Shown: in pieces, positions 53,314-60,718 of the stretch
Layout of the letters: each line of letters starts with the position of its first letter
Position numbering within the stretch: the first letter of the stretch is position 1
NCBI GenBank assembly: GCA_046734335.1
Contig: JBKPRA010000122.1
Coordinates: 3,901-67,900 of the forward strand
Direction: 5' to 3'
Source: Actinomycetota bacterium
Lineage (GTDB): Bacteria > Actinomycetota > Thermoleophilia > Gaiellales > Gaiellaceae
Length of the DNA: 64,000 nt
Notes under the pieces: model-generated
What the model saw: only the letters and a program-made list of their open reading frames with translations
What the model was told of the DNA's origin: nothing
The model's database searches: none
Position numbers and translations under genes: made by a program

Positions 53314-53520
53314 GTGCCCGTCGAGATCACCCCGAAGCCGACCCCGGAGGAACGCGAGGTGCTGCTGCGTGCGCTCGCCGCCCGAAACGGCGGAAACGAG
53401 TGCGCGAGCCCCTGGTGGAAGGCGGGAATCCGCGAGGCGGTCGAGGCCGATTCCGACGAGAACGAGCCCGCTCAGGCGAGCGCGCGCCCGCGCAGCAGCG
53501 CGGGCGCGCCGCGAGCGTAG
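53314..53520 (+). CDS. small protein resembling the acyl-CoA carboxylase epsilon subunit (AccE/PccE)
   Basis: VPVEITPKPTPEEREVLLRALAA... resembles the ..V(V)RGNPTPEELAAL..(V)L.. N-terminal motif of actinobacterial epsilon subunits, as I recall it. GC3 is very high. A TAGGCT box lies 9 nt upstream of the GTG. The 3' 49 nt overlap pgsA antisense. Confidence 0.4.
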   Translation: MPVEITPKPTPEEREVLLRALAARNGGNECASPWWKAGIREAVEADSDENEPAQASARPRSSAGAPRA

Positions 53521-54017
53521 TCGAGCCCGGAGATCCAGGTCAGCACCACGGCGACCAGCAGGCCCCACCAGGCGACCGACGTGCTCCAGGCGCCGGCGAC
53601 GGCAAAGCCGCCCAGCGCAGCCGCGACCGCCTGCGACCACGTCTTCAGCTTGCCCAGGTCGCGCGCCTGCAGGACGACGCCGCGCTCGAGGGCGGCGAGC
53701 CGCAGCCCGGAGACGAGCAGCTCCCGCGCCACGATCGCCGCCACCATCCAGCCTGGGAACGCGCCCTCGCCGACGAGGACGATCATGGTCGCCAGCACGA
53801 GCACCTTGTCGGCAACGGGATCGAGCAGCGAGCCGAGCGGCGTCGTTCGCCCCTGCCGCCGCGCCAGCCAGCCGTCGATCTGGTCGGTGGCCATCGCGGC
53901 GATGAACAGCGCCGTCGCCCAGTAGGCATGCCCCGGGAAGTCCCAGATCAAGAGGAGGACGACGAACGGCGTCGCCACGATGCGCGCGAGCGTCAGCTGG
54001 TCGGCCAGGCCGATCAT
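53472..54017 (-). CDS. pgsA: CDP-diacylglycerol--glycerol-3-phosphate 3-phosphatidyltransferase
   Basis: The CDP-alcohol phosphatidyltransferase motif DQIDGWLARRQGRTTPLGSLLDPVADK and 4-5 TM segments. A TATTCT box lies 7 nt upstream of the ATG. Confidence 0.85.
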   Translation of the reverse strand: MIGLADQLTLARIVATPFVVLLLIWDFPGHAYWATALFIAAMATDQIDGWLARRQGRTTPLGSLLDPVADKVLVLATMIVLVGEGAFPGWMVAAIVARELLVSGLRLAALERGVVLQARDLGKLKTWSQAVAAALGGFAVAGAWSTSVAWWGLLVAVVLTWISGLDYARGAPALLRGRALA

Positions 54018-54040
54018 TCCGTGGAGAATACGTCGCGCTC

Positions 54041-55822
54041 ATGGGTGCCTTCTCGAAAGTCCTCGTTGCCAACAGGGGGGAAATCGCCATCCGCGTCTTC
54101 CGGACGCTGCGCGAGCTGGAGATCGCCTCGGTGGCCGTCTACTCCCAGGCCGATCGCGCCGCCCTCCACGTTCGTGTGGCGGACGAGGCTTGGCTGCTCG
54201 GCGCCGGCCCTCCGGCCGAGAGCTACCTGAACCAGGAGAAGATCGTCGAGACGGCGCTGAAGGCCGGAGCCGAGGCCATCCACCCCGGCTACGGGTTCCT
54301 CGCCGAGAATGCCGTCTTCGCCCGCGCCGTCGAGGCCGCCGGCCTCACTTGGATCGGCCCGCCGCCGGACGCGATCGAGGCGATGGGGTCGAAGACGGAG
54401 GCGCGTGAGCGGATGAAGGCTGCCGGCGTCCCGATCATCCCGGGAACGACCGAGCCGGTCGCAACTGCGGCCGAGGTCGTCCGGCTCGGCAACGAGCTCG
54501 GCTGGCCGCTCGCGATCAAGGCCTCCGCGGGCGGCGGGGGAAAGGGCTTTCGCGTCGTCCGTGAGGGCGACGACGTCGAGCGCGCTCTCGAGACCGCACG
54601 GCGGGAAGGGGACGCCTACTTCTCGAATCCGGCCGTCTACATCGAGCGCTACCTCGAGGATCCCCGGCATGTCGAAGTGCAGCTCCTGGCCGACGCGCAC
54701 GGCAACGTCATCCACCTGGGCGAGCGCGATTGCACGATTCAGCGCCGCCACCAGAAGCTCGTCGAGGAAACGCCGTCCCCGGGGGTCGACGCCGAGCTCC
54801 GCGCCCGGATCGGCGCGATCGCCGTGGAGGCCGCACGGGCCGTCGGGTACCGCTCAGCCGGCACCGTCGAGGGTTTGCTCGATCGGGACGGTGCCTACTA
54901 CTTCATGGAGATGAACACGCGCATCCAGGTCGAGCACACCGTCACGGAACTGGTCACCGGCCTCGACCTCGTCCGGGAGCAGGTACTGATCGCGGCGGGA
55001 GAGCCGCTATGGCTGCGCCAGAGGGACGTCCGCCTGACCGGGCACGCCTTCGAGTGCCGGATCAACGCGGAGGATCCGTCCGCCGGCTTCCGGCCGACGC
55101 CTGGGCGGATCGCGGGCTACCGGGAGCCGAGCGGGCCGGGAGTACGTGTCGACTCGGGCGTGGAGGACGGATCGGAGGTTTCGCCGCTCTACGACCCGAT
55201 GATCTCCAAGCTGGTCGTGCACGGCCTCGACCGGGAGCACGCACGGCGGCGGATGCTGCGGGCGCTCGACGAGTACCGCATCGGCGGCGTGACCACGCTG
55301 CTCGGCTTCCACCGCGCGCTGTTTCGCCATCCGTGCTTCGTGGACGCCGGCACCTGCCACGGCGTAGTCGAGTCGGAGCTGTTGGCCCAGCAGGCGGAGC
55401 GGTTGTCGCAGAAGACAACAGTAGAGACGACTCCGGACGGCAGGCTCAGCGAGCGTGTCACCGCGGTCGAGCTCGACGGCCGCCGCTTCGACGTCAAGGT
55501 ACTCGTGCCGGAGCCGCCCTGGGCCGCACTCGCCGAGCGGCGGCGGGAACGCGTCGCCGCGGGAGCGGGTGGCACCGGCGGGCGCGATGCGATCGTCAGC
55601 CCGATGCAGGGCACGGTGCTGTCGGTCGAAGTCAGCGAGGGCGACGCGGTGGTCGCCGGTCAGGTGATCTGTGTCGTCGAGGCGATGAAGATGGAGAACG
55701 AAGTCCACGCCTTCCGGGACGGAATCGTCTCCGAGCTGTCGGTGCAAGCGGGAGAGCCGGTCGGGACTGGCCAGGTGATCTGTGTGGTCGCGCCCGAGCA
55801 GGAGCCCGATGCCGGAGCGTGA
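54041..55822 (+). CDS. acyl-CoA carboxylase alpha subunit (biotin carboxylase + biotinyl carrier domain)
   Basis: KVLVANRGEIAIRVFRT, the ATP-grasp core, and the C-terminal biotinylation motif VVEAMKMENEV; 593 aa. Confidence 0.9.
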   Translation: MGAFSKVLVANRGEIAIRVFRTLRELEIASVAVYSQADRAALHVRVADEAWLLGAGPPAESYLNQEKIVETALKAGAEAIHPGYGFLAENAVFARAVEAAGLTWIGPPPDAIEAMGSKTEARERMKAAGVPIIPGTTEPVATAAEVVRLGNELGWPLAIKASAGGGGKGFRVVREGDDVERALETARREGDAYFSNPAVYIERYLEDPRHVEVQLLADAHGNVIHLGERDCTIQRRHQKLVEETPSPGVDAELRARIGAIAVEAARAVGYRSAGTVEGLLDRDGAYYFMEMNTRIQVEHTVTELVTGLDLVREQVLIAAGEPLWLRQRDVRLTGHAFECRINAEDPSAGFRPTPGRIAGYREPSGPGVRVDSGVEDGSEVSPLYDPMISKLVVHGLDREHARRRMLRALDEYRIGGVTTLLGFHRALFRHPCFVDAGTCHGVVESELLAQQAERLSQKTTVETTPDGRLSERVTAVELDGRRFDVKVLVPEPPWAALAERRRERVAAGAGGTGGRDAIVSPMQGTVLSVEVSEGDAVVAGQVICVVEAMKMENEVHAFRDGIVSELSVQAGEPVGTGQVICVVAPEQEPDAGA

Positions 55823-56687
55823 CGCGCCGTTCTGCGCCGAGGTCGCGCTTGAGAACGGGGAGTCGCTGTCCGCAACGGCGAGCCGCGTCGACCACTGGAT
55901 CCTGATCGAGTACCGCGGTCTCTGGGGGCACGACGCCCTTGCGGCGAGCGGCCTCTCTGCGGAGGTGAAGGCGCGCCTTTCCGAGCAGCGCGACGCGCGG
56001 CGGAACACGAAGCTGCTCTTCCTGCGCCGCCCGCACCGACGCGACCACCCGAGTCTCGCGGTGTTCTGGGGCAGTTCGACGTCGTCCGGGACCGCGCTCT
56101 ACCACGCCGAGATCGAGGCGTACGACGAGTTGCTCGGGCTCGACCTCACGGCCCGCGGGCACGAGCCGGCCGACCATCCTCTGCTGATCGTCTGCACCCA
56201 CGGCAAGCACGATCGGTGCTGCGCCCGCTACGGCCGGCCGCTGTACAAGGCATTCGAGGAGCAGGCCGAGGACGGCTGGGTCTGGCAGTCGTCGCACGTC
56301 GGCGGCGACCGCTTCGCAGGCAACGTCGTCGTCCTGCCCGAGGGGCTGTACTTCGGCCGGGTCGAGCCGAGCGGCGCCTGGTCGCTGCTCGACGAATACC
56401 TCGCCGGCCGCATCGACCTCGACCGCTATCGGGGACGCTCGGCCAACACCTTTTCGGAGCAGGCCGCGGAGATCACGATTCGGCGGATGACCGGACTGAA
56501 GGGCCTGGACGACCTCGAGCTGGTCGAGCATGACGGCGCGCACGTGCGCTTTCGCGCCGGCTCACGGATGTTCGACGTCGGCGTCGTCTACGAGCCGGGC
56601 GAGCTGACCTACCTGACGTGCAGCGCCGAGACGCTCAGGCGTCCCCGGCACTACGCCGTAGAAATCCTTCGCGAATCAGCCGCCTGA
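55809..56687 (+). CDS. sucrase/ferredoxin-like (Suc_Fer-like, thioredoxin-fold) family protein
   Basis: LLIVCTHGKHDRCCARYGRPLY and SSHVGGDRFAGNVVVLPEGLYFGRV. ATG 55809 overlaps the end of the alpha-subunit gene by 14 nt. Confidence 0.7.
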   Translation: MPERDAPFCAEVALENGESLSATASRVDHWILIEYRGLWGHDALAASGLSAEVKARLSEQRDARRNTKLLFLRRPHRRDHPSLAVFWGSSTSSGTALYHAEIEAYDELLGLDLTARGHEPADHPLLIVCTHGKHDRCCARYGRPLYKAFEEQAEDGWVWQSSHVGGDRFAGNVVVLPEGLYFGRVEPSGAWSLLDEYLAGRIDLDRYRGRSANTFSEQAAEITIRRMTGLKGLDDLELVEHDGAHVRFRAGSRMFDVGVVYEPGELTYLTCSAETLRRPRHYAVEILRESAA

Positions 56688-57795
56688 CGAGCACGAGCCT
56701 GCCCTCGTCGTCGAGGTCGCCCGGAAGCTCGGCCGCCGTGAAGGGCCACTCCGACTCGACGACTGCCTCGAGTGCCTCGCGCGCGTGGTCGGGGAGATCG
56801 AGGTGCTTCCCCTCGAACGACAGTGTCGTCCCCTCGAGGTCCGCGATCACCGTCGGCCGGCGCTCGAGCGGCGATTCGATAGTGACCGAATCGAGCTCAC
56901 GCACCTCCCGGAGGTGACCGTCGAGGATCGCACGGCGGCTCCCCACGAACTTCGCCCGCGCCCGCCGGCGGACGTCTTCCGGGTCGAGCCGCGTGGCCAG
57001 CCGCTCGGCCAGGTCGACCGGCGGCTCCCCGTCGGCCGGCACGGAGCGGCGGAACTCGACGTCGTCCTCGCACTCCTCCAGGGCCGCCCGAAACGCGTCG
57101 ATCCAGGTGTGGGCGTTGACGCCGACGGTGATGTGCAGGGAATCGGTGTACGAGGTGAGCGCATCGTGCAGCCATCCGCGGGGGAGGTAAAGCGTGTCCC
57201 CGGCCCGAAGCGTCAGGTCGAGCACGGTCGGGCCCGGCTCGCCCAGCGACGATGACCAGCGCTGCGCCTTCAGCGGCAGCTCGAGCAGTGGCTCGTACAC
57301 ACGCCAGTGCTTCTCACCGGCGACCTGAAGGACGAAGACGTCGTGGGTGTCGTGGTGGACGGCGAAGCCCTGGGAGCGCCGGGGGGTGTAGTACGAGTTC
57401 GCCTGGACGCCGCTGCCGAGCTCTGCCTCGAGCGCCCGGCAGAACCGGGCAAGGGGCGGCCATGTGTGGTGGAGCGCCTGAAGGACGATCGTCGAGCCGT
57501 CCCCGAACGCCTCCGCGACGCGGTCGGGGTCGACGACCCCGGTGAACGGCTTCGGGCGCCAGGAGATCTCCCGTGCGTACTGACCCTCGGAGGTCGCCCC
57601 GCCCTCCTTGACCATCCGTAGGCCCGGCGTCCGCAGCCCTCCGGAGGAGACCAGCCGCTCGACGTCTGCGACCGACAGCAGGTCGTCGAAACGACCCTCC
57701 TCGGCGCGCGGCACGGCGAGCGGCCGCTGCTCCCAGTACTCGGCGATGAACTCCGCTGCGTCGACCGGCTCGAGGCAGCGGGCGAGCGCCTCGCT
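56635..57795 (-). CDS. JmjC/cupin_4 family 2-oxoglutarate-type oxygenase (RoxA/YcfD-like); translation start unresolved
   Basis: AVHHDTHDVFVLQVAGEKHWRVYEP (HxD metal motif) followed later by LHITVGV. The conserved N-terminal motif AEFIAEYWEQRPLAV lies upstream of the first canonical start (GTG 57714), in a frame open to at least 57795 with no ATG/GTG/TTG. Confidence 0.7.
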   Translation of the reverse strand, partial: SEALARCLEPVDAAEFIAEYWEQRPLAVPRAEEGRFDDLLSVADVERLVSSGGLRTPGLRMVKEGGATSEGQYAREISWRPKPFTGVVDPDRVAEAFGDGSTIVLQALHHTWPPLARFCRALEAELGSGVQANSYYTPRRSQGFAVHHDTHDVFVLQVAGEKHWRVYEPLLELPLKAQRWSSSLGEPGPTVLDLTLRAGDTLYLPRGWLHDALTSYTDSLHITVGVNAHTWIDAFRAALEECEDDVEFRRSVPADGEPPVDLAERLATRLDPEDVRRRARAKFVGSRRAILDGHLREVRELDSVTIESPLERRPTVIADLEGTTLSFEGKHLDLPDHAREALEAVVESEWPFTAAELPGDLDDEGRLVLVRRLIREGFLRRSAGDA

Positions 57796-57994
57796 AGGCC
57801 GCGTCTTCTGCGTCGGCGTCGGAATCGGTGCCGTCCATGTCGGAGCCGCCGCCGGCGTCGCCGTCCGTGCCGTCGGTGCCGTCGCCGTCGGTGCCGTCGG
57901 CGTCGCCGTCCGTCCCGTCCGCGTCGGTCTCCGCCTCCATCCGCGTGAATCCGCCGGTCTCGATCTCGGCGTCGGTGAGCGTCTGCTCGGTCAT
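57794..57994 (-). CDS. Asp-rich acidic repeat ORF (66 aa: 17 Asp + 6 Glu, no Lys/Cys)
   Basis: MTEQTLTDAEIETGGFTRMEAETDADGTDGDADGTDGDGTDGTDGDAGGGSDMDGTDSDADAEDAA. A strong SD AAGGAGG lies 6 nt upstream of ATG 57994. GC3 is high. The stop abuts the JmjC reading frame (+1). Confidence 0.55.
   Translation of the reverse strand: MTEQTLTDAEIETGGFTRMEAETDADGTDGDADGTDGDGTDGTDGDAGGGSDMDGTDSDADAEDAA
57857..57925 (-). repeat. imperfect (GAC-GGC-ACN/GAC-GGC-GAC)n trinucleotide-unit tract encoding DADGTDGDADGTDGDGTDGTDGD
   Basis: Read directly on the plus strand as reiterated gccgtc/ggtgccgtc units. Confidence 0.8.
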
Positions 57995-58034
57995 GCCGTG
58001 CCTCCTTTGGCTGCTCGGGTGCGGGGAGTATTCC

Positions 58035-58808
58035 CTAGAGCGTGCGCTCGTAAGCGCGGAAGCACCAGGTCGCCCAGAGAGCGGTTGCGGCGGAGAGCAC
58101 GAGCAGGAAGAGGAGGTAGAGGCCGACCGTTCCCCACGACGTTCCTGGCAGCACCACCTCGCGTGCGGCGCGGACCCCCCAGTCCATCGGGTTGCCGTGG
58201 GCGGCGACCTGCATCCAGTGCGGCATCTGCCCCCGGGCGAGCAGCGTGGTGGAGACGAAAAGCAGCGGCAGGCCGATGAAGTTGGCCAGCGCGATCATCG
58301 TCGCTTCGCGCCGGGTGAGCAGTGCAATGCCCTGGGAGATGCCCGCGAATGCGCTGTTCACGAGGATCGCCGCGAGGATCACGATCACCCAGCCGGCCGC
58401 GCCGGTATGAACACGGACGCCGAGCGCGAGCGCGACCACGAGGATGATCACCGCCTGGATCGCGGCAGTCAGCGCCGAACGGACGATCTGCGAGAGAACG
58501 AGTGCAAAGCGGCTCGCCGGCGTGGCCAGGATGCGCTCCACGAACTTGTGGTCGAGATCGAAGATCATCCCCATGCCGCTCCACGTCGCCCCGAAGAACG
58601 AGTTCATGACGACGATCGCCGGCGCGAGGAAGGTCACGTATGACGTCGTGCCGAATCCGCCGAGGTGCGTCACGTTTTTGAAGAGCTGTCCGTAGAGGAC
58701 GAGCCAGACCATCGGCTGGACGAGCAGCAGCACGATCCAGATCGGCTCGCGCATGAGATTGCGCGCCTGGCGGACGACCATGTACCAGGTGTGGCGGAGG
58801 ACGTTCAC
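58035..58808 (-). CDS. ABC-2 type transporter permease (DrrB-like)
   Basis: 257 aa with 6 TM segments and an ABC-2 family-like sequence. It overlaps the ATPase gene by 4 nt. Confidence 0.85.
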   Translation of the reverse strand: MNVLRHTWYMVVRQARNLMREPIWIVLLLVQPMVWLVLYGQLFKNVTHLGGFGTTSYVTFLAPAIVVMNSFFGATWSGMGMIFDLDHKFVERILATPASRFALVLSQIVRSALTAAIQAVIILVVALALGVRVHTGAAGWVIVILAAILVNSAFAGISQGIALLTRREATMIALANFIGLPLLFVSTTLLARGQMPHWMQVAAHGNPMDWGVRAAREVVLPGTSWGTVGLYLLFLLVLSAATALWATWCFRAYERTL

Positions 58809-59761
58809 GCCTCGCCTCTGTCCTCGGCGGCGAACTCACGGCCCGTGTAGTGGAGGTAGACGTCGTCGAGGGACGGCCGCGAGACGCCGACCGATTCGAC
58901 GCCGATTCCTTCCTGCTCCAGCGCGGAAAGGATCCCGGGGAGTGCGCGGTTGCCGTTCTCGACGCGAGACACGAGCGTGCGACCCTCGCCGCCGCTCTCG
59001 GGCCTGGCGCCGAGCCGCTCGAGTACACGGCGCGCGTCGTCCATGCGGCCGTCCACCAGCTCGAGGTGCACGGCGTCGCCCTGGAGCGTCGTCTTCAGCT
59101 CGCGGGGCGTGCCCTCGACGACGATCTGGCCGCGGCTGACGATCGCGAGCCGGTCTGCCAGCTCGTCGGCTTCCTCCAGGTAGTGGGTGGTGAGCAGGAT
59201 CGTGAGCCCTTCCTGGCGGGCGAGCCGTCCGACCTCGTCCCACATGCCGGCGCGGGCCTCCGGGTCGAGACCGGTAGTCGGCTCGTCGAGGAAGAGCACC
59301 TTCGGGCGATGGACGAGGCCGAGGGCGATGTCGAGCCGCCGTCGCATGCCGCCGGAGTACGTCTTGACCACGCGGTCGGCGGCGTCGGCGATGCCGACGA
59401 ACTCGAGGAGGCCGGAGACGCGGTCGCGCAGTGCCCGTCCGCCCATGCCCTGCACCCGACCTTGCAGCATCAGGTTCTCGCGGCCGGTCCCGTTCTGGTC
59501 GATCCCCGAGTCCTGCGGCACGTAGCCGATCTCCCGCCGGACGGCGCCCGCCTGCCGGCGCACGTCGTAACCGGCGACCTCGGCGCGACCGGCATCCATC
59601 CGGCTCAAGGTGGCGAGGATGCGGACGGTGGTCGACTTGCCCGCACCGTTCGGTCCGAGCAGCCCGAAGACCTCGCCCTCCCGCACGGAGAAGGAGACGC
59701 CGGCGAGCGCCTGCACGCCTTTGTACCGCTTCTCGAGCCCGTCGACGACGATCGCTTCCAT
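58805..59761 (-). CDS. ABC transporter ATP-binding protein (DrrA-like)
   Basis: Walker A GPNGAGKST, signature YSGGMRRRL and Walker B VLFLDEPTTGLD. A TACGCT box lies 6 nt upstream of the ATG. Confidence 0.9.
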   Translation of the reverse strand: MEAIVVDGLEKRYKGVQALAGVSFSVREGEVFGLLGPNGAGKSTTVRILATLSRMDAGRAEVAGYDVRRQAGAVRREIGYVPQDSGIDQNGTGRENLMLQGRVQGMGGRALRDRVSGLLEFVGIADAADRVVKTYSGGMRRRLDIALGLVHRPKVLFLDEPTTGLDPEARAGMWDEVGRLARQEGLTILLTTHYLEEADELADRLAIVSRGQIVVEGTPRELKTTLQGDAVHLELVDGRMDDARRVLERLGARPESGGEGRTLVSRVENGNRALPGILSALEQEGIGVESVGVSRPSLDDVYLHYTGREFAAEDRGEA

Positions 59762-59767
59762 GCTCCG

Positions 59768-59781
59768 AGCGTAGCTAGGGT
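59768..59781. promoter_or_regulatory. back-to-back divergent -10-like boxes: TACGCT (minus strand, 59768-59773) and TAGGGT (plus strand, 59776-59781)
   Basis: Each box lies exactly 6 nt from its start codon (ATG 59761 on the minus strand, GTG 59788 on the plus strand) within a 26-bp intergenic region. Confidence 0.4.
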
Positions 59782-59787
59782 GATCCG

Positions 59788-60705
59788 GTGCGGACCGGGT
59801 TCAAAGGGACCTTCTCGATCGTCGCCGCGGACGTCGAGGCGGGCGAGGTCGGGTGCGCCGTCCAGTCCCGCTACTTCGCGGTCGGCTCCGTCGTGCCGTG
59901 GGCGAAGGCAGGGATCGGCGCAGTGGCCACGCAGGCGGCCGGGGTCGCCGCCTACGGGCCGAAGGTGCTGGCGCTGCTGGAGGAAGGAATCGAGCCTGCG
60001 GCCGCGCTCGAACGGGCGCTGGCCGACGACGGCGCGCGTGAGTCGCGGCAGCTCGGCGTCGTCACCGCCGACGGGCTGGCGGCCGCGCACACCGGAACCG
60101 ACTGCCTGCGATGGGCGGGGCATCGGGTCGGAGACGGCTACGCCGTCCAGGGGAACATCCTCGCCGGCGAGCCTGTCGTCGCCGAGATGGAGCGGGCGTT
60201 CCTGGAGACGGGCGGCAGCTCGCTGGCCGAGCGGCTGGTCACGTGCCTCGAGGCCGCGCAGGCGGCGGGCGGCGACCGGCGCGGGCAGCAGTCGTCGGCG
60301 ATCGTGGTCGAGCGTTCCGGTGCAGCCGCCGAGTCACGCGAGGGCATCGACCGCATCTGCGAGCTCCGCGTCGACGACAATCCCGAGCCGATCGCCGAGC
60401 TGCGACGGCTGCTCGGCACACATCTGGTCTGGGATTCGCTTCGCCGCGCCAGCCTCTTCCACGAGCCCGGCAAGTACGCGCAGGGAGTCGAAGCGCTCCG
60501 GCAGGCTCTCGGCCGTCTCGGCGAGGATCCGGTGCTGCTCTACGACCTGGCGTGCTTCGAGTCGCTCGCCGGCGACACCGAGGAGGCGCTCGCGCACCTC
60601 GTGCGCTCGCTCGAGCTCGACCCGCAACTCGCGCCTGGCGCCGCCGCCGACTCGGACTTCGAGGTTCTTCGGCAGGACCCGCGGTTCCAGGCGGCCGTCA
60701 GCTAG
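59788..60705 (+). CDS. DUF1028-family protein with C-terminal TPR-like tail
   Basis: GTFSIVAADVEAGEVGCAVQSRYFAVGSVVPWAKAGIGAVATQA is the typical DUF1028 (Ntn-hydrolase-like) N-terminus. The C-terminal LLYDLACFESLAGDTEEALAHLVRSLELDP is TPR-like. Confidence 0.7.
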   Translation: MRTGFKGTFSIVAADVEAGEVGCAVQSRYFAVGSVVPWAKAGIGAVATQAAGVAAYGPKVLALLEEGIEPAAALERALADDGARESRQLGVVTADGLAAAHTGTDCLRWAGHRVGDGYAVQGNILAGEPVVAEMERAFLETGGSSLAERLVTCLEAAQAAGGDRRGQQSSAIVVERSGAAAESREGIDRICELRVDDNPEPIAELRRLLGTHLVWDSLRRASLFHEPGKYAQGVEALRQALGRLGEDPVLLYDLACFESLAGDTEEALAHLVRSLELDPQLAPGAAADSDFEVLRQDPRFQAAVS

Positions 60706-60718
60706 GCTCGCCTGCGGC

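Noticed and set aside
53265-53471. The 207-nt gap on the minus strand between pgsA and the NlpC/P60 gene. I considered a ydaO-type c-di-AMP riboswitch, because that is a classic context upstream of actinobacterial cell-wall hydrolases and there are loose similarities such as GGGGUGAUCUC and GUUCAGCCUAA.
   Set aside because: The resemblance to the ydaO consensus is partial and I could not build the pseudo-symmetric fold by hand. The plus strand of the same region carries an ORF with very high GC3 and an ACC-epsilon-like motif, which explains the spacing better. cmsearch with RF00379 would settle it.
57790-57800. Programmed +1 ribosomal frameshift (prfB-like) at GCC-UAG-C joining the acidic ORF to the JmjC frame.
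   Set aside because: There is no slippery P-site codon that could re-pair in the +1 frame, and no upstream SD-like stimulator at the prfB spacing. An indel, or an unidentified start mechanism, is more parsimonious. I kept the junction itself as a finding.
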